Of a DNA stretch of 46,275 nt, positions 19,046-28,261 are shown piece after piece. Source of the stretch: an uncultured Methanospirillum sp. (lineage in GTDB: Archaea; Halobacteriota; Methanomicrobia; Methanomicrobiales; Methanospirillaceae). Where the stretch lies: the NCBI GenBank assembly GCA_964637135.1, contig CAZWTX010000020.1, positions 1-46,275 of the forward strand, in the 5' to 3' direction. The notes under the pieces were generated by a model. The model had not been told where the DNA came from. It saw only the letters and a program-made list of their open reading frames with translations, and ran no database searches. A program made the position numbers and the translations under genes. Numbering within the stretch: the stretch's first letter is position 1; each line of letters begins with the position of its first letter.

Positions 19046-20320
19046 ATGGCAAGACGGACCGAAGAAGAGGTGATATCGTTTATCCGGGATTTTTCCCCTG
19101 CCCTGGATGAATCCGGACAGCGGAACCTGAACCCCCGGAGAAGAACGATCCTGGACGAGATCAGGGCCGGGGAAGGTCTGGTTACCCGGTATACAAATGA
19201 ATTCTGGACCTCACGGCAACGCCAGGCAAACAGGCTCCATGAAATATCCTACCGTGCCTGTTTCAAGCCCCAACTTCCTGCTTTTTTCATCGGACTCCTG
19301 ACCAGTCCGGGGGACCGGGTGTATGATCCCTTCTCCGGCCGGGGAACCACCGCGATAGAGGCCGGGCTCCTTGGCCGGCGGGTGGCAGCGAACGATGTCA
19401 ACCCGCTCTCCCGCATCATCACAAAACCCCGGCTTACCCCCCCGGACCTTGCTGCGATCAGATCACGGCTGCTCACCATCGGAGATACAGATACCGGTGA
19501 TCCAGGCATTGATCTCACGATGTTTTACCACCCTGATACGCTCAGGGTGATCCTCTCTCTCCGGACCTACCTTCTTGAACGGGAGGCAGACGGGACGCTG
19601 GACACGGTTGATGAATGGATCCGGATGGTCGCAACAAACCGGCTGACCGGCCATTCATCAGGTTTTTTCTCGGTATACACGCTCCCGCCGAACCAGGCAG
19701 TGTCCCCTGACCGCCAGATCCGAATCAACGAACTGCGAAACCAGACTCCCCCGTACCGTGATGTCCGGGAGATTATCCTCAAGAAGAGCCGATCCCTTCT
19801 CCAGGGACTTGATACACATCATCGGGCCATGCTGAAAGAGATATCAGGATCTGCCATTTTCTCCACCGCAGATGCACGAGTCACACCTGAAATTCCTGAT
19901 GCCTCCATCCGCCTGACGGTCACGTCCCCCCCGTTCCTCGACGTTGTCCAGTATGCCGGAGACAACTGGCTGCGATGCTGGTTTAACGGGCTTGATGCAG
20001 CAGGGATAAGCAGCCGGATCACCATGTCCCGGCGGCTTGCAGACTGGGAAGCGGTGATGGGATCGGTCTTTTCAGAACTCTGGCGGGTGACTATGCCTGA
20101 CGGATGGGTGGCATTTGAGGTTGGCGAGGTGAGAAAAGGATCTGTCCGGCTTGACGAACACGTAGTTCCGCTCGGCGAGAAAGCGGGATTCACCTGTGTC
20201 GGGATCGTTGTCAACCGGCAGGACTTCACGAAGACGGCAAATATCTGGGGGGTTGAAAATATGAACGGGGGGACAAACTCAAACCGGATTGTCCTGTTTC
20301 ACCGGGAACCGGAAAATTAA
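19046..20320 (+). CDS. Site-specific DNA amino-methyltransferase (likely N4-cytosine)
   Basis: Motif I VYDPFSGRGTT in the N-terminal part, motif IV VTSPPF in the C-terminal part. Confidence 0.85.
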   Translation: MARRTEEEVISFIRDFSPALDESGQRNLNPRRRTILDEIRAGEGLVTRYTNEFWTSRQRQANRLHEISYRACFKPQLPAFFIGLLTSPGDRVYDPFSGRGTTAIEAGLLGRRVAANDVNPLSRIITKPRLTPPDLAAIRSRLLTIGDTDTGDPGIDLTMFYHPDTLRVILSLRTYLLEREADGTLDTVDEWIRMVATNRLTGHSSGFFSVYTLPPNQAVSPDRQIRINELRNQTPPYRDVREIILKKSRSLLQGLDTHHRAMLKEISGSAIFSTADARVTPEIPDASIRLTVTSPPFLDVVQYAGDNWLRCWFNGLDAAGISSRITMSRRLADWEAVMGSVFSELWRVTMPDGWVAFEVGEVRKGSVRLDEHVVPLGEKAGFTCVGIVVNRQDFTKTANIWGVENMNGGTNSNRIVLFHREPEN

Positions 20321-21471
20321 TGAGATATCAGGTAATCAAACGCCGCTAATGCAGCTTTCGCCCCTTCCCCGGCAGCGATGATGATCTGCTTTCCCGAGAT
20401 AGCGGTCACATCACCCGCGGCAAAGATGCCCGGTGCACTCGTGTGGCAGTTGATATCGATCTCTATCTCTTTCTGATCATTCAGTTTCAGAAGTCCCTCA
20501 AGGAATGCGGTGTTCACAGCCCATCCGATCTCAGCAAATAATCCCTCAAGGGCTATCTCTTTCGTTTTACCGGATTCCCGGTGCCGGATCGTGATACCGG
20601 TCAGCCGGTCGGTTCCATGAAGGGCGGTGACTTCAAATCCGGAATGAAGGGTCAGGTTTTTGAGGTTCGGGATCTGTTCCCGGTAACAGGAATCGCACGA
20701 CAACTGGCTCCGGTAGATGAGGTGAACTTCCCGTGCAATCTTCGCCATCTCAATGGCGGTCTGAATTGCCGAATTGCCGCCGCCTACCACGGATACAATC
20801 TTGTCCCGAAAGAGCGGGCCGTCGCAGGTGGCACAGACCGATAGTCCCCTTCCAAGGAACTCCTCTTCCCGTTCTACGCCGAGTTTCTTCGGCTCTTTTC
20901 CCTGTGCCAGGATGACGGTCTTCGCTGAAAACTGTTTTTCGGCCATGGTTTTTACCGCAAATCCACCGCTGGCCGGATAGAGCGAGATGATCCTGTCAAG
21001 TTCGATCTGGATGTCCTGTTTGCGGACCTGTTCCTCGAAGAGTTTCATCAGGTCATCACCGGTGATCATCCGGTATCCCATGTAATTCTCGATATTCCAA
21101 CTCTCGAGAGCCTGACCCCCGATATTTTCAGAAATTACCAGTGCTTTTAGGTTTTTTCTGGCACAGTACAGGGCAGCGGTCAGTCCGGCAGGACCGGCAC
21201 CGGCGATGATGACATCATAGAGATCATTCCCGGTATCGGATCCGAAGATTTGTTTCAGCCGGTTTGCATCAAATCCAACGATAACCTCATCATCAACGAT
21301 AATCACCGGTACGCCGTACTGGCCGGAGCGTTCCACCATCTCCTTGGCAGCCTGCCGGTCAATCCCGACATCAATACTCCGGTACCGGACGTTGTACCGG
21401 TCAAGAAATGCTTTCGCTAATCGGCAATAGGGACAGTTCTGGGTTGAATAGACCGTGACCTGCGTCGGCAT
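20317..21471 (-). CDS. Glutaredoxin-thioredoxin reductase fusion
   Basis: N-terminal CPYC...GQYGVPV..VGFD; reductase GAGPAGLTAA, VCATCDG, GGGNSA, FAAGDV. Confidence 0.92.
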   Translation of the reverse strand: MPTQVTVYSTQNCPYCRLAKAFLDRYNVRYRSIDVGIDRQAAKEMVERSGQYGVPVIIVDDEVIVGFDANRLKQIFGSDTGNDLYDVIIAGAGPAGLTAALYCARKNLKALVISENIGGQALESWNIENYMGYRMITGDDLMKLFEEQVRKQDIQIELDRIISLYPASGGFAVKTMAEKQFSAKTVILAQGKEPKKLGVEREEEFLGRGLSVCATCDGPLFRDKIVSVVGGGNSAIQTAIEMAKIAREVHLIYRSQLSCDSCYREQIPNLKNLTLHSGFEVTALHGTDRLTGITIRHRESGKTKEIALEGLFAEIGWAVNTAFLEGLLKLNDQKEIEIDINCHTSAPGIFAAGDVTAISGKQIIIAAGEGAKAALAAFDYLISH

Positions 21472-21525
21472 AGATGTGTATATGGCATGGTTCCAAAAAA
21501 AGGAATGGGGTGCTTATTAACCGCC

Positions 21526-22035
21526 TTATTTCCTGCGAAGCAGGAGGTATCCGGCGCCGAGAGCAATAGCAGGGAGCATGAGGCCTGCCGGTGACTTCTG
21601 TGTCGGTTCACCGTCAGGAATTTCTGGAACAACGCCGGTCTGGGATGGCGTGATGGATGCATCGATTGAACCTCCCGTCCCGGGAGCAAAGGTGAGATCC
21701 AGCTTCTGTGATTCCCCCGCCCAGAGTTTAACCTTCTCAGCTGCCTGGAGGTCTCCTATCCAGAAAGTGATGTAAGACCCGATCTGGTTCTCCTCCCCGT
21801 TCACGACAAGCCGGTGATCGAAGGTTGCAGGTCCGCCATATGCACCGGCCTTCTCCGTGGTGATGTTACCGACAACCGTCCCATTGATCTTCGCCACGAT
21901 CTCGGTCCCTGCCGGGGAAGGGGTTCCGTTCATCATGACAGAACCATGGAATTCATACGGGAGCGGGGGGATTGCATTCACTCCTGCCACAAGGGCAAGA
22001 ACCGTTAAAAAAACAAGGCAAAGTCTGAAATTCAT
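21526..22035 (-). CDS. Secreted protein with C-terminal membrane anchor/sorting signal
   Basis: Signal peptide; PPLPYEFHGSV..NG.P.PAGT.I.A beta-rich domain; P/T linker; tail KSPAGLMLPAIALGAGYLLLRRK (motif, TM helix, basic cluster). Confidence 0.8.
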   Translation of the reverse strand: MNFRLCLVFLTVLALVAGVNAIPPLPYEFHGSVMMNGTPSPAGTEIVAKINGTVVGNITTEKAGAYGGPATFDHRLVVNGEENQIGSYITFWIGDLQAAEKVKLWAGESQKLDLTFAPGTGGSIDASITPSQTGVVPEIPDGEPTQKSPAGLMLPAIALGAGYLLLRRK

Positions 22036-22102
22036 CTCTTCTTTCTCCTCTCCTATTCAGATGTACATTGCGGGTGAATAAATAAAATTGGTTTTGGCCC
22101 GG

Positions 22103-23203
22103 CTACACGCCGAGGGTGCCCGGGCTGCTCAGGTACACCCAGTACCCGAAACCTGGCTGAAGGAGGGTCTGAGCCGGATCCCCGCCGGCTCCCCTGATGA
22201 CTGCTGACCGATACTGCTGGGATGGTGCATCAAACCCGATGGCATATGTCCATCCGGTGAGAGGAGAGAGAATACTGTCTGCCTGAACCGGTGTTGCCGA
22301 GGGAATGGCCAGGGTATTCCATCCGGCCGGATAGTTCTTCGGTGATCCCGCTCCCGCCATCTGTACCGGGATAGAGAGAGACCCGGTGGAGTAGATCCAG
22401 TATGCTGCCATCTTCGTCAGGGGTTCATCCTTTCCCACCGTCTGCCAGCCGGTATTCGGATCATACCTGAGTACAGAATGTCCCCCAGACGGTACATTGC
22501 CAAATATTGCCGCGGTATCTGAACCAGGGGCCGGTTGAAGGGAGAATCCGATGAAGTTCCATCCGGTAACCAGGGAAATGATCACCTCTCCGGTCATGCT
22601 GTTCTCATTTGTCGGAACCGGCGACGGAACCAATGTGGGAACCGGGGTCGGGGTAATGATTTCAGTCGGGACTGCCGTGGTCGGAACCGAAGTCGGCACA
22701 CTGGTCGGTTCAGCGGTCGGAGCCGGTGGTTCGGATCCACCGCCGACGGTTACCGTTCCCACTGTTCCCTGTATTTCAACAGGATTTCCACTGTCATCAT
22801 CAACTTTGCTTGCGGTGATGGAGAGGGCTGTTGATCCTGCTGCTTCCCCACGGATAGTAAGGGTTGCAAGAGCAACCCCGGTTGCACCCGCCTCAACTCC
22901 GGCATTCAGGTCAATTGCCCGGATCGCATACCCGGTTCCGGAAGCACTCCCTTCCGAGAGCGAAGCCCATGCCGGAAATGTACACCCCGTGATGGTTGCT
23001 ACCGCCGGATTGTCGGGGGTGATCGTGAGACTGTACCCGGAAAGCCCGGCAGGAGCGGCATCAAGGATCAGAACTGCATCCATGGTTTCGCCGGCTGTGG
23101 AAATGGATACCGGCTGGATAGATACCGTTGCTGCCAAAACGACGGAAACCATCAGGATGAGGCAGACGATCACGGCAGACAGGTTCACCGGGATCCGGTT
23201 CAT
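22103..23203 (-). CDS. Secreted cohesin-domain protein with Pro/Thr linker and C-terminal GWN-repeat domain
   Basis: Signal peptide; LDAAPAGLSGYSLTI...TFPAWA...IRAIDL...LATLTIRG...VDDDSG (archaeal cohesin-like fold); PTAEPTSVPT linker; two GWN...YW.Y half-repeats. Confidence 0.72.
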   Translation of the reverse strand: MNRIPVNLSAVIVCLILMVSVVLAATVSIQPVSISTAGETMDAVLILDAAPAGLSGYSLTITPDNPAVATITGCTFPAWASLSEGSASGTGYAIRAIDLNAGVEAGATGVALATLTIRGEAAGSTALSITASKVDDDSGNPVEIQGTVGTVTVGGGSEPPAPTAEPTSVPTSVPTTAVPTEIITPTPVPTLVPSPVPTNENSMTGEVIISLVTGWNFIGFSLQPAPGSDTAAIFGNVPSGGHSVLRYDPNTGWQTVGKDEPLTKMAAYWIYSTGSLSIPVQMAGAGSPKNYPAGWNTLAIPSATPVQADSILSPLTGWTYAIGFDAPSQQYRSAVIRGAGGDPAQTLLQPGFGYWVYLSSPGTLGV

Positions 23204-24828
23204 CCGCTCACCTCGGTGAAGAGTGCCTGCACATCCCCAAGATCAGGCACTCCATTCAGGTTGAAATCTGCAAATTCAGCGGAGTAGTTCCCTTTTATGT
23301 GATCCATGTGTTTGAAGAGAAGCTGGGGATCCTGCAGATCGATCTGTGCGTTTCCGTTCAAATCCTCATACCGTCCGTCTGAATCAGGATCCAGGGGAAC
23401 ATTCGCACAACCGGGGAGGGGAAGGAGTGCTCCCTGAACCGGGACGACAGTCACATTCCCGGTGACCGATGGCACATGCTCCGCAGGGATGGCAGTGACT
23501 GGTGCCGGGTATCCTGCTCCCTCCGGGTTTCCGGTAATCTTCACGACCCACAGATCCCCGTTTCCGGCCGCATCGTGCACATCCCCGTCAGAAGAGGAGG
23601 CGGTTCCAATGAGCGCGAGGGTCTGGTCAGGGTTGATTGCGATACCATACCCTGCCTCAAAGAGGGTTCCGCCAAGGAGCCGGTACCAGAGGAGATTACC
23701 GTCACTGCTCACCTCGCCAACCCAGAGATCTCCTTCCCCCCTCGCTCCGGAGAAGTCCCCGTCAAGAGAGAAACTCTCTCCGGCAAGATACACCCCCCCG
23801 CCTGGGGCGGGTTTCGTGCTCCAGACATTCTCACTGAAACTTCCGCCGTACGTCTTCTCCCAGAGGAGATTTCCATCCCGGTCAAGGCGGATGACCCATA
23901 TGTCCCCGGCCCCCATCTTCCGGGTGACATCCCCGTCCCCTGAACTCGTGACGCCGGAGACGATGAGATCGCCGCCGTCCAGTTCAACGACGGCATGTGC
24001 CCAGTCTGATCCGGTCCCCCCGTATGCCTTTTGCCAGAGGAGGTTGCCATCGGCATCGATCTTTAGTATCCAGAAATCACTGCTCCCGTGGTACCCGGTG
24101 ATATCGCCGTCTCCGGAATAGGTATTGCCGGCAATGACGTACCCGCCGTCAGATGCCTGGATGATACTGTTTCCGCTGTCCCGCCCGGTACCTCCGTAAA
24201 ACCGTTCCCAGAGGATCTTTCCATCCTTATCAAGACGGACAATCCAGACCAGACCGTTCTCCTTCTGGTTTTCCGGCTCTTCGTGCGAGAAGGTATAACC
24301 GGTGATCAGGCATCCTCCGTCTCCGGTCAGGATGAGATCGCCTCCTTCATCAGTCAGATTGCCTCCAAGGCTCTTTTCCCAGAGGATGGAGCCTGCCGGG
24401 TCAAGCTTGAGCACCCAGAGATCCCCCATCCCCAGGTACCGGGAAACATCACCATCTTCAGAACCCGCGGTCCCTATTACCATCGCTCCCCCGTCATCGA
24501 GAGCCCGTACAGCAAGTCCGTAATCGGTTTCAGATCCCCCGTATGCCTTCTCATACAGGATCGTGCCGTTCTGATCTGCCCTGACAAGCCAGAGGTCACC
24601 GTTCCCATGGTACCCGGTCACATTCCCGTCTGCTGAATAGGTTACCCCGGTCAGGAACAAGGTGCCGTCTGCTCCGACGTCAAGTCCATATCCCCAGTCA
24701 AGACCGTCAGCGCCTCCAAAACTCTTCTCCCAGACAATATCCCCGCCCCCTGCAAGAACAGCAGCAGGAATGAGGCCAAGAAGAAGAAAAAAAATCACCT
24801 GGTACGGAATCAGTTTCACCTGCAACAT
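23200..24828 (-). CDS. Secreted beta-propeller repeat protein with C-terminal dockerin-like domain
   Basis: About 7 repeats of S.DGDV..YHG.GD.WV.KLD..G..LWEK.YGG; C-terminal paired Ca-binding loops DPDSDGRYEDLNGNAQIDLQD and DFNLNGVPDLGDVQALF; stop overlaps the next ATG (ATGA). Confidence 0.82.
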   Translation of the reverse strand: MLQVKLIPYQVIFFLLLGLIPAAVLAGGGDIVWEKSFGGADGLDWGYGLDVGADGTLFLTGVTYSADGNVTGYHGNGDLWLVRADQNGTILYEKAYGGSETDYGLAVRALDDGGAMVIGTAGSEDGDVSRYLGMGDLWVLKLDPAGSILWEKSLGGNLTDEGGDLILTGDGGCLITGYTFSHEEPENQKENGLVWIVRLDKDGKILWERFYGGTGRDSGNSIIQASDGGYVIAGNTYSGDGDITGYHGSSDFWILKIDADGNLLWQKAYGGTGSDWAHAVVELDGGDLIVSGVTSSGDGDVTRKMGAGDIWVIRLDRDGNLLWEKTYGGSFSENVWSTKPAPGGGVYLAGESFSLDGDFSGARGEGDLWVGEVSSDGNLLWYRLLGGTLFEAGYGIAINPDQTLALIGTASSSDGDVHDAAGNGDLWVVKITGNPEGAGYPAPVTAIPAEHVPSVTGNVTVVPVQGALLPLPGCANVPLDPDSDGRYEDLNGNAQIDLQDPQLLFKHMDHIKGNYSAEFADFNLNGVPDLGDVQALFTEVSG

Positions 24829-24930
24829 CCCCAATTGTGTTGCAGAATTATTCGGGTATAGCCAATATAAACATTCTTCAGAAGAGAACGCCGGCCCGGA
24901 GAACGATCCACCCGGAAAAAAAGAGATTGG

Positions 24931-25701
24931 TTATGCAGCAGCGCTGTTTTCAACAGCCTCTGATTCAACCGGAGCGGTCCCGGTATTGTCAGATTCAATA
25001 ACTACTGCTTCTTCTGTGGTTTCCACAACCGGGGTGAATACTGATGCACCGATCCACCAGGTTCCGTCAACCGGAAGGATATATGCGGTCTTCTCTTTCA
25101 CGATCATACCGTCAGCAGTATCCGCGGCCATGTACCGGACGAAGTTTCCACCGGATTTCGCTGCATTACGCATCTGTTCAATGTAGCGAAGCCCGTTCGG
25201 ATCTGCAACGCTGAGCTGGTTCAGCCCGACGACGTTCAGGTTAAGCGGGAATGCAAGGACCTTGCCATCGTTGTCATAGGCAAAGATTGCCATTTCCGGC
25301 GATGCCCATTCGGCATTGCGGTCATTGAATGCAGTGATTGCATTGTTCTTCCCGGAGATAAGTGCAAAGTTCTTTGCATCCTTCACAAAGGTGACAAGGG
25401 TTTCATTGATCAGGTCAGGTTCCTCTGCAGCAGGTTCTTCAGCGACAATGACTGCTTCAGTCATGGTACCGGATTCTGCCACTTCGGTTGCCGGCTCAAT
25501 TCCTTGATCAACGGGTTGCAGAGCGTCCATTGTCACCGCGTCTCCGGTTTCGTTCACCGGGACGCTCACATTCACGGTCTCGTTATCTGCCGGTATCACA
25601 GCCTGTACCGCAGTCGTCTCGTTTGTCTCAGCGGATACGCCAGAAAGACCTGCCGTAAGGAGAACAGCGAGGATACATCCAATCCAGAAGAAAGATCTCA
25701 T
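24931..25701 (-). CDS. Secreted stand-alone Cache-domain protein
   Basis: Signal peptide, acidic linker, then LVTFVKDAK.FA...GK..AI.AFND...IFAYD.DG.VLA.P...DPNG..YI..M...A..GG.FV.Y...K.AY..PVD..WWIG; no cytoplasmic module. Confidence 0.8.
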   Translation of the reverse strand: MRSFFWIGCILAVLLTAGLSGVSAETNETTAVQAVIPADNETVNVSVPVNETGDAVTMDALQPVDQGIEPATEVAESGTMTEAVIVAEEPAAEEPDLINETLVTFVKDAKNFALISGKNNAITAFNDRNAEWASPEMAIFAYDNDGKVLAFPLNLNVVGLNQLSVADPNGLRYIEQMRNAAKSGGNFVRYMAADTADGMIVKEKTAYILPVDGTWWIGASVFTPVVETTEEAVVIESDNTGTAPVESEAVENSAAA

Positions 25702-25781
25702 GCAGGTATTCATTCGGGATAGAAGGTATTTATGGGTGATGATACCCCTCAATACCAGAAAACAGAGAAGAAATAAGCACC

Positions 25782-26282
25782 CTACAGGGAGATCTCCCTG
25801 AATGTTTTCCCGGGTACGCCACAGACCGGGCATACTCCCGGCGGAGTATTGAGCGCAACATTACCACAGACCGGACAGAGATATACCGCAGTTACTTCAA
25901 GATCCTTCCCGGCACGAACTGCTTCAAGGGCCTTTTCATACAGGGACGCATGAATTTGTTCAGCTTTCATGGCATAGGTGAAAGACCGGGTCGCATCCGT
26001 GTTTCCCTCTGCATCGGAAGCCTTGATAAATCCCGGGTACATCTCAGTAAATTCTTCGGTCTCCCCTTGTATGGATTCTACCAGGTTCTCGACGGTAGGC
26101 TTGATACCATACACCTGGAGATGTCTCTTTGCATGGATCGCTTCTGCTTCAGATGCAGCCCTGAAGAGTTTGGCAATATTGGTATATCCTTCGGCGGCTG
26201 CTTTTTCTGAAAACGTTGCATACTTGCGGTTTGCCTGTGATTCTCCGGCAAAACCCGCCAGGAGGTTTTCCTTGGTTGCCAT
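25782..26282 (-). CDS. rbr: Rubrerythrin
   Basis: FAGESQANRKY, EAIHA, GETEE..EMYP, EQIHA; rubredoxin-like CPVCG...CPVCG. Confidence 0.93.
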   Translation of the reverse strand: MATKENLLAGFAGESQANRKYATFSEKAAAEGYTNIAKLFRAASEAEAIHAKRHLQVYGIKPTVENLVESIQGETEEFTEMYPGFIKASDAEGNTDATRSFTYAMKAEQIHASLYEKALEAVRAGKDLEVTAVYLCPVCGNVALNTPPGVCPVCGVPGKTFREISL

Positions 26283-26396
26283 ACCACTACAATGGATGAA
26301 CGCGGATTATATGCTTACGCTAAGATCCCTTCCCGGTACCCGGATCCATACCGATGGTGTCTATCTGCACGAATGACGATCATCTGTAAGATGTGA

Positions 26397-27080
26397 ATGG
26401 CTCGGAAACGGATGACGGAACTGGACCTGCTGGATCGGCCGCGTGAAAAGATAGCCCGGAACGGTCCGGAATGCCTCTCAGACGAGGAATTGATCTCGGC
26501 AATCCTCGGGCGGGGTATCCAGGGACGCGATGTCATAACCCTCTCCCGGGAGGTCGCCGGACTGCTCAGATCAGAATCCCGGATCGGATACCCGGATCTC
26601 ATCGGAATCGACGGCATAGGCCCATCGAAAGCGTCCCTTCTCCTCGCCTGCTTTGAACTCTCACGACGGTACGGGCATACCCGTGAAGCAGATGTGATCC
26701 AGGTGACAACCCCGGAAGATCTCCTTTCCATCCCGGGGATCCGGGATCTCAGGACAAAGAAACAGGAACATTTCCTGGTCGTCACCCTAAACGGAGCGTC
26801 CGAGGTGATCACATCCCGTACAGTTACCATGGGTCTCCTGAATCACAGCCTCGTCCATCCGCGTGAAGTCTTTGCCGATGCCATCACTGACCGTGCAGCT
26901 GCCATCATCGGGGTACACAATCATCCGTCAGGAAACCCCTCCCCAAGCCGGCAGGACATCGAGATAACCGGCCAGCTCGCAGCAGCAGGTGCCATCCTCG
27001 GAATTCACCTTCTCGATCACGTGATCATCACACGGGATGCGATTATCTCCCTGCGTGAACAGGGACATCTCCCCGGATGA
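26397..27080 (+). CDS. radC: RadC family protein (HhH + JAB/MPN domain)
   Basis: DRPREK, LSDEEL, GIGPSKA, VHPREVF, HNHPSG.PSPS.QD, LLDHVII. Confidence 0.93.
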   Translation: MARKRMTELDLLDRPREKIARNGPECLSDEELISAILGRGIQGRDVITLSREVAGLLRSESRIGYPDLIGIDGIGPSKASLLLACFELSRRYGHTREADVIQVTTPEDLLSIPGIRDLRTKKQEHFLVVTLNGASEVITSRTVTMGLLNHSLVHPREVFADAITDRAAAIIGVHNHPSGNPSPSRQDIEITGQLAAAGAILGIHLLDHVIITRDAIISLREQGHLPG

Positions 27081-27086
27081 TCCCGA

Positions 27087-27677
27087 TCAGTTCAGGGCTG
27101 AACCGAGTGCGTATCCCTTCTTGCAGGCAGAATCAAGAATATCAGGAAACCGGTTCAGATCAACCCTGGTATCCATGTCAGGAATAAGGAGTTCATCAGC
27201 GTACCGGCAGTCAATGATATCGCAGAATGCCTGCGTTGTTTTCTTTACCCCGTCAAAATTATCCGGCAGATTCATACCTGATATCGAGATAAACAATGTC
27301 CTGCGTTTCTTTCTGAGTTCCTTCTCAATAAGCGGTTTCTTTCGTTCATATTTCGCACAGTAAAAGACCTGGAACCGGTCCATGAACGATTTCAGGTGTC
27401 CGGGAATTCCCATGGTCATGACCGGGGTTGCGATGATCAGGCTTTGCATCTCCCGGAATGCCGGAATAAGACGGCTGACATCATCCTCCATCATACAGGC
27501 TTCATGATCCCTGCAGAAGTAGAATTCCATGCATGACGTGAATTCAAGGGTGGGAACATGGATGACAGTAACCTCGCATCCGCTTTTCCTCGCTCCTTCG
27601 ACCGCCTTATTCAGCAACAGTGCAGTATTTCCCTCAGCCAGCGGACTGCCGAGAAGCGCAATGATCTTCGGAGCCAT
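27087..27677 (-). CDS. Flavodoxin-family / iron-sulfur flavoprotein-like protein (variant Cys motif)
   Basis: LGSP..GNT, CMEFYFCRDHEAC, IATPV, LKSFMDR. Confidence 0.85.
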   Translation of the reverse strand: MAPKIIALLGSPLAEGNTALLLNKAVEGARKSGCEVTVIHVPTLEFTSCMEFYFCRDHEACMMEDDVSRLIPAFREMQSLIIATPVMTMGIPGHLKSFMDRFQVFYCAKYERKKPLIEKELRKKRRTLFISISGMNLPDNFDGVKKTTQAFCDIIDCRYADELLIPDMDTRVDLNRFPDILDSACKKGYALGSALN

Positions 27678-27846
27678 GGTATCATATCATCAGGATCTCT
27701 GGTATGTATTTTTCGATATCTCCCGAGAAGGATTTTATAGTACTCTCTGATATGCCGACGTTATTGATTTTTATGACACGATTCTACAGGTTTTTTAGGG
27801 GGCTCATTTATTACCCAGAAGTGTAAGTATTCTATTGGTGAATACC

Positions 27847-28065
27847 ATGTCTGAAAAGACCCAAGTAAAGGCCGGAAATAAAGTAGGCCCTGGAAAATAC
27901 GTGTGTGTGGACTGCGGGAAGGAATACGAGATGACCGATGCGGAGCAGGATCTCAGGAAGTGTTCGGCCTGTTCCTGTGAGATGTACCAGTGTTTTCCGA
28001 TCACCCATATCCGTCCGGATATCAAGACCCCGGAGGATGCTGTTCACCCGCCAAAACGGGAATAA
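27847..28065 (+). CDS. Small zinc-ribbon/rubredoxin-like protein
   Basis: AG.KVGPGKYVCVDCG...KCSAC; GGTGA RBS-like sequence upstream. Confidence 0.75.
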   Translation: MSEKTQVKAGNKVGPGKYVCVDCGKEYEMTDAEQDLRKCSACSCEMYQCFPITHIRPDIKTPEDAVHPPKRE

Positions 28066-28131
28066 TCCTTTTTCCGACCGTAACCGGTCCTGGTCTCGAT
28101 AATAGAACAACAACGTGGACAGAGGGAAAAA

Positions 28132-28257
28132 ATGGTTAATGTTTCTGATGAAGGACAGATCTTTGAATGTGAGATCTGCGGAAATGTCGTAAAGGTTCTG
28201 GAAGTCGGTGGTGGCGAACTCATCTGCTGTGGAGAACCAATGGTCCTTCAAGGGTGA
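28132..28257 (+). CDS. Desulforedoxin (41 aa FeS4 protein)
   Basis: Hand translation MVNVSDEGQIFECEICGNVVKVLEVGGGELICCGEPMVLQG*: CxxC...CC pattern; too short for the ORF track. Confidence 0.93.
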   Translation: MVNVSDEGQIFECEICGNVVKVLEVGGGELICCGEPMVLQG

Positions 28258-28261
28258 TCTG

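Noticed and set aside
22610..22745. Short GTCGG/GGAACC repeats
   Set aside because: Explained by the Pro/Thr linker codons of the cohesin protein.
27712..27727. TTCG-N8-CGAG as an MsvR-like operator upstream of the redox cluster
   Set aside because: Single imperfect copy of a very short motif; not distinguishable from chance.
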